DNA of 64,000 nucleotides, from the NCBI GenBank assembly GCA_902621675.1, contig CACNMX010000003.1, forward strand, positions 8,167-72,166, read 5' to 3'. The DNA is from an uncultured Prochlorococcus sp. (GTDB lineage: Bacteria > Cyanobacteriota > Cyanobacteriia > PCC-6307 > Cyanobiaceae). The notes under the pieces were generated by a model, which made no database searches, was not told the origin of the DNA, and worked only from the letters and a program-made list of their open reading frames with translations. Position numbers and translations under genes: made by a program. How positions within the stretch are numbered: the first letter of the stretch is position 1; each line of letters starts with the position of its first letter. This document shows positions 1 to 9,996 of this stretch, piece by piece.

Positions 1-22
1 AAAGGTAGTCAGAGTTGGTCAT
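1..22 (-). CDS. Possible 5' end of a gene running off the left edge (MTNSDYL...)
   Basis: CAT at 20-22 opens a frame to the window edge, divergent from the gene at 277; only 7 codons visible. Confidence 0.3.
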
Positions 23-276
23 AAAAAATATATTGTTTCTTCAGCAATTGTTTTTTCGATATGAACTCATAATAGATCAATACAGAACATTTCACGTAAC
101 TGAACATTTTGATAATTAATTTTTTATGTTTTTCCTATGTAAGTTTGTTTCTATATTATGCTTTTTTCTCTTTTTTCTTTTAACTTATATTTATAAACAT
201 GGTTAGGTATTTACATTAAAGATTTCTTCTAACCAAGAGCTCATGTAATTAACTACTAAAAAGGAGTTTTATTAAA

Positions 277-1233
277 TTGGAAATCATTGAGTCAGATGTA
301 GTTATTATCGGAGGAGGCCCGGCAGGATGTACTTGCGCACTTTATACATCTCGTTCCAACTTAAAGACAGTAATTTTAGATAAAAATCCATCTGTTGGAG
401 CCTTAGCTATAACCCATCAAATAGCTAATTATCCAGGTGTTCCGGTTGATATAAGTGGTGAGAAATTACTTACGCTTATGAGAGAACAGGCTGTGCAATA
501 TGGTACAGACTATAGAAGAGCACAAGTGTTTGGAATAGACGCTAGTGGAGAATGGAAAATGGTTTATACACCTGAAGGCACTTTCAAAGCTAAAGCACTT
601 GTACTTGCAAGTGGTGCAATGGGTAGGCCTGCGTCATTTAAGGGCGAAGCGGATTTTCTTGGCAAAGGAGTAAGTTATTGTGCTACATGTGATGGGGCTT
701 TTTATAAAAATAGAGAAGTTGCCGTTGTTGGAGTTAACAAGGAGGCAATTGAAGAGGCAACTGTCCTAACTAAATTTGCATCAACTGTGCATTGGATTAC
801 ATCAAGTGACCCTAAATCAGATAATGAAGAAGCTATGGAATTGATGGATAATTCAAATATAAAACATTGGAGTAGAACAAGATTATTAGAAATATTGGGT
901 GATGAAATGGGTGTGAATGGGGTTGTTGTAAAAAATAAGCAAGAAGAAAATCCTATTAATTTAAATTTAGATGGAGTGTTTGTCTATATGAGTGGTTCAA
1001 AGCCGATTACTGATTTTTTAGGTGATCAAATTGCTTTAAAAGAAGACGGAGGAGTAATTGTGGATGACTTTATGTCTACAAACTCTGATGGAGTATGGGC
1101 TATTGGAGATATAAGAAATACACCATTTAAGCAGGCAGTCGTTGCGGCTTCTGATGGATGTATAGCTGCGATGTCAATTGATAGATATTTAAATAGTAGA
1201 AAAAATATAAGAGTAGATTGGATTCATTCTTAA
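277..1233 (+). CDS. trxB: Flavin thioredoxin reductase family protein, probably the ferredoxin-dependent DTR/FFTR type
   Basis: GGGPAG FAD motif, YCATCDG redox CxxC, GD..QAVVAA; AAGGAG RBS at 261-266 before TTG; NADPH motifs degenerate. Confidence 0.9.
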   Translation: MEIIESDVVIIGGGPAGCTCALYTSRSNLKTVILDKNPSVGALAITHQIANYPGVPVDISGEKLLTLMREQAVQYGTDYRRAQVFGIDASGEWKMVYTPEGTFKAKALVLASGAMGRPASFKGEADFLGKGVSYCATCDGAFYKNREVAVVGVNKEAIEEATVLTKFASTVHWITSSDPKSDNEEAMELMDNSNIKHWSRTRLLEILGDEMGVNGVVVKNKQEENPINLNLDGVFVYMSGSKPITDFLGDQIALKEDGGVIVDDFMSTNSDGVWAIGDIRNTPFKQAVVAASDGCIAAMSIDRYLNSRKNIRVDWIHS

Positions 1234-1252
1234 AAAATATTTTTGCTTTAAT

Positions 1253-1534
1253 TTAAAGAGGTGTTGCTTCAGAAATATAAGCAACTCCTCCGTAGTAGCT
1301 TAAATCGTCCCTGATGTTATCTCTCATTTTATCTATTAATTCTTGCTCACAAAAAACAATTACATGAGCATTTGCTCCTAATCCTGTAAATTCCATATCT
1401 TCAGTAACAACTCTTTCAGGTCCTCTGCCTGTGGCGTGTTTCATAACTGTATATCCAGGTACATTAGCTTTTTCTAATGTTTTAATGATTGCATCTAGTT
1501 CTCTTTCACTAAATATCAAGTCTAATCTTTTCAT
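1253..1534 (-). CDS. sbtB: PII-like regulator SbtB
   Basis: PII-like GYT..ATGRG T-loop and YGG motif, 2 nt downstream of sbtA. Confidence 0.85.
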   Translation of the reverse strand: MKRLDLIFSERELDAIIKTLEKANVPGYTVMKHATGRGPERVVTEDMEFTGLGANAHVIVFCEQELIDKMRDNIRDDLSYYGGVAYISEATPL

Positions 1535-1536
1535 TT

Positions 1537-2535
1537 TTATAGAGGGGATAATGGGATAATGGTATTTACTAAACTCATATATATAGGAATGCCAAGAACT
1601 ATATTGAATGGAAAAGTTAGACCTAGTGTAGTTGAAATATAATAACTAGATTTGGCTTCTGGCACCGTCATCCTCATCGCTGCGGGAACTGCTAAATAAG
1701 AGGCGCTAGCACATAAAACCACAAATAAAAGTGCGTTGCCAGGTCCTAATGATAAAAATCTTGCAACGAAAACACCAATAAATGCGTTAAATAAAGGCAT
1801 AAAAATGGCAAAGCCAATCAAGAACGAACCCGCATTCTTCAGTCTCGGTAATCTTTGAGCAGCGACTATTCCCATATCTAACAAGAAGAAGCATTCTGCT
1901 CCATAGAATAATTGTCCAGTAAAAGGCTCCATTTTTGCAATCCCTGAGGGATTACTGGAAGCAGTAAGAAATCCTACAATTAAACTTGAGAGCAATAAAT
2001 AAACTGATCCATTCAAAAGTGATTCGTGTAATATTGCGCTTAGATGCATTTTTCTTGATTTTGGCCTATTTTTGGGAGCTGCAAATTTCACAAGTAATAA
2101 TCCAACAATTATTGCAGGAGACTCCATTAAAGCTAAGGCTCCAACCATAAACCCATCAAAAGCTATTTTTTGACTTTCCAAAAAACTTTCTGCGGAAATA
2201 AATGTAACAGCACTAATTGAACCGTATGCTGCAGCTATTGCAGCGGAATTAAAGACATCAAACTTAAATCTTAAAATTAAAAATCCAATCAGAGGTATTA
2301 ATAGTGACATTAGTATTGCAGCGCTTAAAGTCGGCAATACTTGATCCGTAAACCCACTTTTCTGTATCTCTATACCTCCTTTAAACCCAATGGCTAAGAG
2401 CAAATATAAGGAGAAGAGTTTAGGCAATGGAGCTGGTATTTCTAAATCAGATTTAAATAGTACTGATATTGCTCCAATTAAAAAGAAAAGAACTGGCGGG
2501 GCTAATACATTTTGCAGAATTGGATTTATTTCCAT
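1537..2535 (-). CDS. sbtA: Sodium-dependent bicarbonate transporter, SbtA family
   Basis: YLLLAIGFKGG, YGSISAVTF, MESPAII, SASYLAVPAA and TFPFN motifs; about 10 TM segments. Confidence 0.9.
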   Translation of the reverse strand: MEINPILQNVLAPPVLFFLIGAISVLFKSDLEIPAPLPKLFSLYLLLAIGFKGGIEIQKSGFTDQVLPTLSAAILMSLLIPLIGFLILRFKFDVFNSAAIAAAYGSISAVTFISAESFLESQKIAFDGFMVGALALMESPAIIVGLLLVKFAAPKNRPKSRKMHLSAILHESLLNGSVYLLLSSLIVGFLTASSNPSGIAKMEPFTGQLFYGAECFFLLDMGIVAAQRLPRLKNAGSFLIGFAIFMPLFNAFIGVFVARFLSLGPGNALLFVVLCASASYLAVPAAMRMTVPEAKSSYYISTTLGLTFPFNIVLGIPIYMSLVNTIIPLSPL

Positions 2536-2541
2536 AAATTA

Positions 2542-4194
2542 TTAGGCTATTTCATTTAGAGCGGTTTCTAAAGCTTCTTTTCTTGTCTCAATGATTCCTT
2601 CAACTCCAAACTTAGCTAATCTATCTTTTACTTTTTCATTGGCCCCAGCAACAAATGCTTTTCTGGAATTATTTTTTGCTTCTTGCATCATATCCTCTAT
2701 CGCGAGAGTCGCCGTCACTCCAAGTCTTGGTACATCAGTAATATCTAATATTAAAACCTTGTAGTTTCTTACTAGCATCATTCTCTCAGATATACCTTTA
2801 GCAGCTCCAAAACTAAGTGGCCCTTTGAGTCTAAATAACATTACTTCTCCTGCACATCTATCTAGTAGAGCTTTTTCATCAGCAGGTAATGCATTTTTAG
2901 CTTGATCATTTTTTGATAAAGGATTATCCTCATCCATACCTTCTAGTTGAGTTTCGGTTATTGAATCAATAGTGAGCATATTTGCTATGAAAACACCAAC
3001 TAATACTGCCCAGATTAGATCCCAAAAAACAGTCATTAGAAGTACGCCGTACATTACCGCAGATGTTTTTAGAGATAATTTGTGAGCTCTTCTCAAGAAC
3101 CCCCAATCAATAATATCTAGACCAACTTTTATAAGAATACCTGCAAGTAGAGCGTTAGGAATTTGCTCTGCTAATGGTCCTGCCCCTACTAATACTATTA
3201 ATAAAACAACTGAGTGAACCATTCCAGAAATAGGAGTAGAACCCCCAGATTTGACGTTTATAACGGTTCGCATTGTTGCTCCTGCACCAGGTAATCCGGT
3301 GAAAAGACCAGCTACTGCATTACCTATTCCTTGTCCAATTAGCTCTCTGTCAGAATTATGTTTAGTTTGAGAAATATTGTCTGCAACTAAAGATGTAAGT
3401 AAAGAATCAATTGCTCCAAGCACAGCCAGTACCAAACCTGCTTGGAAAATAATTGGAAGATATTGATTAAAACTCGGAATATTTAAGGAAGGTACCCCTC
3501 TTGGAATATCACCAATTCTAACTAATTCGCCTTCCCCAAACATAAATATTGATATTGGAGTTACTATCAATAATGCTAAAAGAGGAGCAGGTACCCATTG
3601 ACTAATTTTTCTAGGAGTTAGAAATACTATCCCTAATGTCATTACAGATATACCAATAGCTGCAGGGTTGGGTTGGAAATTAGAAAAAACAGTTGTTAAA
3701 GAATCTATTACCTTTCCCTGAGTGGTAATACCAAGTAATGGCCCAATTTGAAGTGCAATGATTATGAAACCAATACCAGACATAAATCCTGATACTACAG
3801 AATATGGTACGAGAGTAATATATTTCCCTAGTTTTAAAATTCCAAATAATATTTGTAATAAGCCTCCAATAACTACTGCTGCCATTACTAATGGCAGAAT
3901 TTGTCCAGCAGATAGATCTTTTGGAACCCCAGCAGCAGCTAAACTTGCCACTACTCCTGCGACCGTCACGCTCATTGGACCGGTAGGCCCACTAACTTGA
4001 GCAGGTGTTCCGCCGAATAATGCTGCTAAAAAACCAACTACTACAGCTCCGTATAGTCCATAAATTGCACCGCCAGGCCCTAACGCAGCATTACCAAAAG
4101 CAAGAGCGAGAGGTAAAGCCACTACTGCGGCTGTGATGCCCCCAAGAATATCTCCTCTTACATTTTTCAGATGAAATCCATTAATTATTTTCAA
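2542..4194 (-). CDS. bicA: SulP/SLC26 anion transporter with STAS domain (BicA-like)
   Basis: GDILGGITAAVVALPLALAFG, SGPTGPM, GAGATMRT motifs, C-terminal STAS (GPLSFG, LDITDV); TTG start. Confidence 0.85.
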   Translation of the reverse strand: MKIINGFHLKNVRGDILGGITAAVVALPLALAFGNAALGPGGAIYGLYGAVVVGFLAALFGGTPAQVSGPTGPMSVTVAGVVASLAAAGVPKDLSAGQILPLVMAAVVIGGLLQILFGILKLGKYITLVPYSVVSGFMSGIGFIIIALQIGPLLGITTQGKVIDSLTTVFSNFQPNPAAIGISVMTLGIVFLTPRKISQWVPAPLLALLIVTPISIFMFGEGELVRIGDIPRGVPSLNIPSFNQYLPIIFQAGLVLAVLGAIDSLLTSLVADNISQTKHNSDRELIGQGIGNAVAGLFTGLPGAGATMRTVINVKSGGSTPISGMVHSVVLLIVLVGAGPLAEQIPNALLAGILIKVGLDIIDWGFLRRAHKLSLKTSAVMYGVLLMTVFWDLIWAVLVGVFIANMLTIDSITETQLEGMDEDNPLSKNDQAKNALPADEKALLDRCAGEVMLFRLKGPLSFGAAKGISERMMLVRNYKVLILDITDVPRLGVTATLAIEDMMQEAKNNSRKAFVAGANEKVKDRLAKFGVEGIIETRKEALETALNEIA

Positions 4195-4418
4195 AGATGC
4201 TCTCCTTAAAATAAATACTTAACTAAAAGATACTATCTCTTAATGACGTAAATTTGTGAAAAATGAAGATTGTGCAAAATATTTTTGTAACTTTTTTTTG
4301 CTCACACAAAATAAATTTTAGTTAATTTTCCTGAACAAAAGTAGTCTCTGATTGATTTATGTGCGAGGCGAGCGATTAATGTATTAGATAAATATTTTTC
4401 AATTTAAATAATATTCAA

Positions 4419-5420
4419 ATGAATTCGATTATTCGTCCTAGAAGATTAAGAAGAACTGAAGCAATTAGAGAAATGGTTAGAGAAAACCATCTAATGGCAT
4501 CTGACTTTATTTATCCATTATTTATTCATGAAAAAGACTTTAAAGAGGAAATTTCAGCAATGCCCGGAACTTATAGATGGGATATTAATAGCTTAATAAA
4601 GGAGGTTACTAGGGCATGGCAATTGGGAATAAGGTGTGTAGTTCTTTTCCCAAAAGTTAACGATAGTTTAAAGACTGAAGATGGAGCAGAATGTTTTAAT
4701 GAAGACGGTTTAATTCCTAAGGCTATTCGAATATTAAAAAAAGAGATTCCAGAAATGGCAATAATGACAGATGTTGCCTTGGATCCATACTCTTGTGATG
4801 GTCATGATGGATTAGTTGATGAAACTGGAAAAATATTGAACGACGAAACAATCGAAATTTTAAAAAAACAAGCTTTAACACAAGCAAGAGCTGGAGCAGA
4901 TTTTATTGGTCCTAGTGACATGATGGATGGGAGAGTTGGAGCAATCAGAGCTGCTCTCGATAGTCAAGGATTTAGTGATGTAGGTATTATTAGTTATACA
5001 GCAAAATATTCATCTGCTTATTATGGACCATTTAGAACTGCTTTAGATTCGGCTCCTAGAGAAAATAGTAAGAAAATAATTCCAGACAATAAGTCTACAT
5101 ATCAAATGGACCCTGCTAATTCAAAAGAGGCTATGATTGAATCTGCATTAGATCAGTATGAAGGAGCTGATATTTTGATGGTAAAACCAGGAATTTCATA
5201 CTTGGATATTGTTTATAAATTAAGCACTTTTTCAAATAAACCTATAGCTGCATACAACGTTAGTGGGGAGTATTCCATGGTAAAGTCTGCTGCTATGAAG
5301 AACTGGATTAATGAAAAAGATATTGTATTAGAAACATTGCTTAGTTTTAAAAGAGCAGGAGCAAAGTTAATACTCACTTATCATGCTTGTGATGCATCTC
5401 AATGGTTGCAGGATACTTAA
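4419..5420 (+). CDS. hemB: Delta-aminolevulinic acid dehydratase
   Basis: RPRRLR, DVALDPY, SDMMDGR, YQMDP, MVKPG motifs. Confidence 0.97.
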   Translation: MNSIIRPRRLRRTEAIREMVRENHLMASDFIYPLFIHEKDFKEEISAMPGTYRWDINSLIKEVTRAWQLGIRCVVLFPKVNDSLKTEDGAECFNEDGLIPKAIRILKKEIPEMAIMTDVALDPYSCDGHDGLVDETGKILNDETIEILKKQALTQARAGADFIGPSDMMDGRVGAIRAALDSQGFSDVGIISYTAKYSSAYYGPFRTALDSAPRENSKKIIPDNKSTYQMDPANSKEAMIESALDQYEGADILMVKPGISYLDIVYKLSTFSNKPIAAYNVSGEYSMVKSAAMKNWINEKDIVLETLLSFKRAGAKLILTYHACDASQWLQDT

Positions 5421-5482
5421 AAACTCATTATTAGTAAAAATTTGGTTTATTCTTAGAAAAGTAATAAATTAACTACTTTGTT

Positions 5483-5869
5483 TTGAAGCTTTCACAAGGA
5501 GTAAATAGGATTGGTCACATTGCACTTAGAGTAGAAAATCTCGAAAGGGCAAAATCTTTTTATATTAAGCTGGGTATGAATTTAGTTTGGGACGATAAAG
5601 ATTGGTCTTATTTAGAAGCTGGTAAAGGGAAAGATGGACTTGCGTTATTAGGCCCTAGCTACAAAGCTGCGGGACCTCACTTTGCTTTTCATTTTGAAAA
5701 TAAAAAAGAAGTGGAAAATATTCAAAATGATTTAAAAAATTCTGGTGTAAAAGTTGGCCCTTTACATGAACATAGAGATGGAACAGCATCTTTTTATATG
5801 AAGGATACTGAAGGAAACTGGCTAGAGATGCTTTATGTTCCTCCTGAAGGGATTCAATCGAATGTTTGA
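5483..5869 (+). CDS. VOC/glyoxalase family protein
   Basis: GHIALRV, HFAF, D.EGNWLE metal-binding pattern. Confidence 0.85.
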   Translation: MKLSQGVNRIGHIALRVENLERAKSFYIKLGMNLVWDDKDWSYLEAGKGKDGLALLGPSYKAAGPHFAFHFENKKEVENIQNDLKNSGVKVGPLHEHRDGTASFYMKDTEGNWLEMLYVPPEGIQSNV

Positions 5870-5883
5870 TTCTTTTTTTTTGT

Positions 5884-8295
5884 ATGCAAGAGAAAAGTTA
5901 TTCAAAAAAATCATCTTCAAATAACACCTTAGAAGAAGAATCTATAAGCCTTTTAGAGTGGAACTCGTTAAAAACGCATTTATCTTCATTCGCCCTAACG
6001 GAAATGGGTAAAAGAGCAATTTTAAGTTTTGATATCCCTTCAGAATACGAATCATCTAAAAGACTTTTGAATGAAACTGTTGAAATAACTCAGCTAGAAA
6101 ATAATTTAGATAAATCAATTAGTTTTTCTGGTGTTTTTGATATTAGTAGAAATATTGAAATTTGTTCTAAGGGAGGTGTAATTTCATCTTCTGAATTGTT
6201 AGAAATAGCAAAAACAATTGCTGCAGCAAGAAATTTAAAAAAAATCTTATTAGATTTTGAACAAAGGCCTTATATTTCATCATTTACAAAAAATTTAATT
6301 GACCATCAGAATATCGAAACGATTTTTAAAAAAGGCATTGAATCAAATGGAAGGATCTCAGACAATGCTAGTAATGAACTATCTATTCTTAGAAAAGAAT
6401 TTTTATCTAAGAAACTTGAAAGAAAAATATTAGTTGAGAAATTTATTCAAAAGAACTTAGCTTATTTGCAAGATACTACTATTGGAGATCGATATGGAAG
6501 GCCCGTTTTAGCAGTGAAAGTTAATTATGTAGATAAATTTAAAGGCATAATTCATGACTCTTCATCTTCAGGAAATACAGTATATTTTGAACCTGACAGT
6601 GTAGTAAATAAAGGAAATAAGATTGCCTCTTTAGAGGCTAGGATCACAGCAGAAGAATTTAAATTACTTAAAAAATGGTCTCTGGTTGTTAGTGATAATT
6701 CAGAAAATCTTATTGAAATGGCATCCATTTTATTGAGATTAGAAAATGCCCTAACTCGTTCAAGATATTCGAAATGGATTGGAGGCAAAACTCCTACGTT
6801 TGAGAAAAGTCCTATTATTTCTTTAATTGGCTTTTCTCATCCGTTATTGATTTGGGAACATAAGAAAAAAGGAGCCTCTCCACCAGTAGCTGTCGATTTT
6901 TATATAAATAGAAATATTAAGGTTGTAGCTATCACAGGTCCAAATACTGGAGGTAAAACAGCAGCTTTAAAAGGTTTGGGCTTATCTTTACTTATGGCTA
7001 GAGCAGGATTATTGATACCTTCAACTAATAATCCTATTATCCCTTTTTGTCCAAATATATATGTGGATATAGGAGATAATCAATCATTAGAAGAAAATTT
7101 ATCTACCTTCAGTGGGCATATATCCCGCATAAAAGAGATATTAGATTCACTTGACCATAAGAAAGGATTATCAGTTGTTTTGCTAGATGAGATTGGATCT
7201 GGCACAGATCCTCTTGAAGGGAGTGCTCTTGCGATGGCTTTATTAAAAGAATTTGCAAATAAATCTGATATCACTTTTGCAACTACACATTATGGAGATA
7301 TTAAGGCTTTAAAATATAACGATTCAAGATTTGAAAACGTATCAGTTGCCTTTGATGAGGATTCTTTGAAGCCAAAATATATACTCAACTGGGGTATTCC
7401 TGGGAGAAGTAATGCTTTGTCAATTTCAAAGAGAATTGGTCTTGATGAAAGCATACTTAATGAAGCTGCAAATTATCTAAAGCCAAAAGAAGTTGACAAT
7501 ATTAACAGTATTATTAAAGGACTTGAGGAAGAGAAGATTAAACAACAAAATTCTGCAGAAGCTGCTGCAGAATTGATTGCAAGGACTGAAATATTACATG
7601 ATGAATTGAAGAGAAATTATGAATATCAAAAAATAAATGCTGAAAAAATCCAGGAAATTGAAAGGTCTAAATTATCAAAACATATTGTATCCGCTAAAAA
7701 AGAGGTGATAGATTTGATTAAAAAATTAAGAGATAAAAATGTTAATGGAGAGGATACGAGAATTATTGGAAAAAGATTAAAGGAAATTGAGACGGAACAT
7801 TTAACCCAAAAAAAATCTGAAAAGTCAATATCATGGAACCCTCAGGTAGGTGATTTTGTAAAGATTAAAAGTCTAAATAGTACGGGACAAATTGTAGGTA
7901 TAGATAAAAAAGGTGGTTTTTATGAAATTAAATGTGGTTCATTTAGAAGCACATTATCTGTAAATGAATTTGAAGGTATTAATGGAGAAAAGCCTAATTT
8001 CAAAAGGTCAAAAATTGAGATCAAGTCTACAAGAGAAGATTTTTCTTTTTCTAAAATTAGAACGAGTAAAAATACAATTGATGTAAGAGGGTTAAGAGTT
8101 CATGAAGCCGAAATAATTATTGAGGAGAAAATTAGAAAATTTCATGGACCGCTATGGATTGTTCATGGAATTGGCACAGGAAAATTAAAAAAAGGACTAA
8201 GAAATTGGTTATCAGGTTTAAATTATGTTGATAAGATTGAAGATGCAGCTAACAACGAGGGTGGCCCTGGTTGCAGTATTGCTTGGATAAAATAA
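5884..8295 (+). CDS. mutS2: MutS2 family protein with C-terminal Smr domain
   Basis: ITGPNTGGKT Walker A, LSTFSGH, LLDEIGSGTDP, TTHY, IDVRG...HGIGTG Smr; ATG 5884 preferred over TTG 5866. Confidence 0.95.
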   Translation: MQEKSYSKKSSSNNTLEEESISLLEWNSLKTHLSSFALTEMGKRAILSFDIPSEYESSKRLLNETVEITQLENNLDKSISFSGVFDISRNIEICSKGGVISSSELLEIAKTIAAARNLKKILLDFEQRPYISSFTKNLIDHQNIETIFKKGIESNGRISDNASNELSILRKEFLSKKLERKILVEKFIQKNLAYLQDTTIGDRYGRPVLAVKVNYVDKFKGIIHDSSSSGNTVYFEPDSVVNKGNKIASLEARITAEEFKLLKKWSLVVSDNSENLIEMASILLRLENALTRSRYSKWIGGKTPTFEKSPIISLIGFSHPLLIWEHKKKGASPPVAVDFYINRNIKVVAITGPNTGGKTAALKGLGLSLLMARAGLLIPSTNNPIIPFCPNIYVDIGDNQSLEENLSTFSGHISRIKEILDSLDHKKGLSVVLLDEIGSGTDPLEGSALAMALLKEFANKSDITFATTHYGDIKALKYNDSRFENVSVAFDEDSLKPKYILNWGIPGRSNALSISKRIGLDESILNEAANYLKPKEVDNINSIIKGLEEEKIKQQNSAEAAAELIARTEILHDELKRNYEYQKINAEKIQEIERSKLSKHIVSAKKEVIDLIKKLRDKNVNGEDTRIIGKRLKEIETEHLTQKKSEKSISWNPQVGDFVKIKSLNSTGQIVGIDKKGGFYEIKCGSFRSTLSVNEFEGINGEKPNFKRSKIEIKSTREDFSFSKIRTSKNTIDVRGLRVHEAEIIIEEKIRKFHGPLWIVHGIGTGKLKKGLRNWLSGLNYVDKIEDAANNEGGPGCSIAWIK

Positions 8296-8335
8296 AATTT
8301 AAAATACCTAGAAAACAATTTAATAAGCGTATTAA

Positions 8336-9319
8336 GTGCAATTTATTGATCAAGCCAATATTATTCTTAAAGCTGGAAAAGGTGGAAATGGAATAGTTTC
8401 ATTTAGAAGAGAAAAATTTGTACCTGCTGGAGGACCTTCGGGGGGAAATGGTGGAAGAGGGGGTTCAGTTATTTTGATGGCTGATAATAATCTACAAACA
8501 TTATTAGATTTTAAATTCAAACGTGAAATAATTGCTGAAGATGGATGCAAAGGAGGTCCTAATAAGAGATCAGGTGCTTCAGGTCAGGATACAATCCTTA
8601 AAGTACCTTGCGGTACAGAAATAAGGGATATTAAAACCGGCATTATTTTAGGAGACTTAACTAAAGATAAACAGAGTTTAACTATTGCCATTGGAGGAAG
8701 AGGTGGACATGGTAATGCTTACTATTTAAGTAATCAAAATAGAGCCCCAGAATCATTCACTGAAGGAAAAGATGGTGAGATATGGGAGGTTCAATTAGAA
8801 CTAAAACTTCTTGCAGAGGTTGGGATTATTGGTCTTCCAAATGCTGGGAAAAGTACCTTGATTTCTGTTGTGTCATCTGCCCGTCCAAAAATCGCAAATT
8901 ATCCTTTCACAACTCTAATACCTAACTTAGGTGTAGTAAGAAAAATGGACGGGAATGGTTGCCTTTTTGCGGATATTCCTGGATTAATATCAGGGGCAGC
9001 TGATGGAGTAGGTTTAGGCCATGATTTTTTAAGGCACATCCAAAGAACTAAGATACTTGTTCACTTAATTGATGCAATTGCAGAAAATCCTTTACATGAT
9101 TTTGAGATAATTGAGCAGGAATTAAAAAAATATGGGAAAGGTCTTTTAGATAAAGAGAGGATAATAGTGTTAAATAAAATGGAGCTGGTAGATGATGATT
9201 ATTTGCAAATAATTACAAAAAAGTTAGAAGATTTATCTAAAAAGAAAGTTTTAGTTATTTCTTCATCTTTAAAAAAAGGTTTATCCTCACTGCTTTCTGA
9301 AGTTTGGAAAAGGATCTAA
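8336..9319 (+). CDS. obgE: GTPase ObgE/CgtA
   Basis: [34 protein letters not shown]; GTG start. Confidence 0.97.
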   Translation: MQFIDQANIILKAGKGGNGIVSFRREKFVPAGGPSGGNGGRGGSVILMADNNLQTLLDFKFKREIIAEDGCKGGPNKRSGASGQDTILKVPCGTEIRDIKTGIILGDLTKDKQSLTIAIGGRGGHGNAYYLSNQNRAPESFTEGKDGEIWEVQLELKLLAEVGIIGLPNAGKSTLISVVSSARPKIANYPFTTLIPNLGVVRKMDGNGCLFADIPGLISGAADGVGLGHDFLRHIQRTKILVHLIDAIAENPLHDFEIIEQELKKYGKGLLDKERIIVLNKMELVDDDYLQIITKKLEDLSKKKVLVISSSLKKGLSSLLSEVWKRI

Positions 9320-9405
9320 CTTAAATTAAAAATTTTTTTGTAAAAAAATACACTTGATTTAATAATAAAAATTAGCCATAAATAAGATAATTCTTTAAAA
9401 ATAAT

Positions 9406-9588
9406 ATGAATTTCTACAGTTGTTTTGATAAACAAGGAAAAATAATAGCTAGATGTCAAACCATTCAAGATATTGAGGTTCTTAAGAAAATGGGAAGACC
9501 GATTGTAGAAGTTAAGGAAATGAAAAATGAAGAGTCGGTGGTATGTTCTCTGACAGGTAGCCCATCAGATTTTAATATGGATTACTAA
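9406..9588 (+). CDS. Small hypothetical protein (60 aa)
   Basis: ATG ORF filling the intergenic gap, followed by a bidirectional terminator. Confidence 0.65.
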   Translation: MNFYSCFDKQGKIIARCQTIQDIEVLKKMGRPIVEVKEMKNEESVVCSLTGSPSDFNMDY

Positions 9589-9599
9589 AAGAATTCAAG

Positions 9600-9632
9600 A
9601 AAAAAAAAAGGGCTTTTGAAGCCCTTTTTTTT
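9600..9632. terminator. Bidirectional intrinsic terminator
   Basis: A-run, GGGCTT-TTG-AAGCCC, T8 between convergent genes. Confidence 0.9.
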
Positions 9633-9658
9633 ATGCATTATCTAATAATTAAGAAAAT

Positions 9659-9877
9659 TTAATCATCATAAACAAGACATTCTGGTTCATCTGGGTTGGC
9701 ATCGCAAAATAATTCCAAAGCATTAGGGTCATGTTTATCTTCTGGATGATGATCCTTATATTCTTCGAGTTCTTTTAGCTCTTCAGTTAAATGTCTGACC
9801 TTTGGAAGATTGCCCTCTGCTTTTGCAGATTCGATTTCCGATTGATCTTTTTGGATGTGTTCGTCAATGGATTTCAT
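9659..9877 (-). CDS. cp12: CP12 Calvin-cycle regulator, marine type with C-terminal Cys pair only
   Basis: C-terminal LELFCDANPDEPECLVYDD signature. Confidence 0.92.
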   Translation of the reverse strand: MKSIDEHIQKDQSEIESAKAEGNLPKVRHLTEELKELEEYKDHHPEDKHDPNALELFCDANPDEPECLVYDD

Positions 9878-9996
9878 TTTAAGCTTTTCGTACTTTAGTA
9901 GACATACTTAACATAGTTAATTTCTAATAAAATTGCATTATCTATGAACTAAATAAGTGTTCATTACAACATCATTTTTTTTTTGGAAATTAATTT

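Noticed and set aside
85-109. GAACATTT direct repeat upstream of the thioredoxin reductase
   Set aside because: Only two 8-mers in AT-rich DNA; insufficient support
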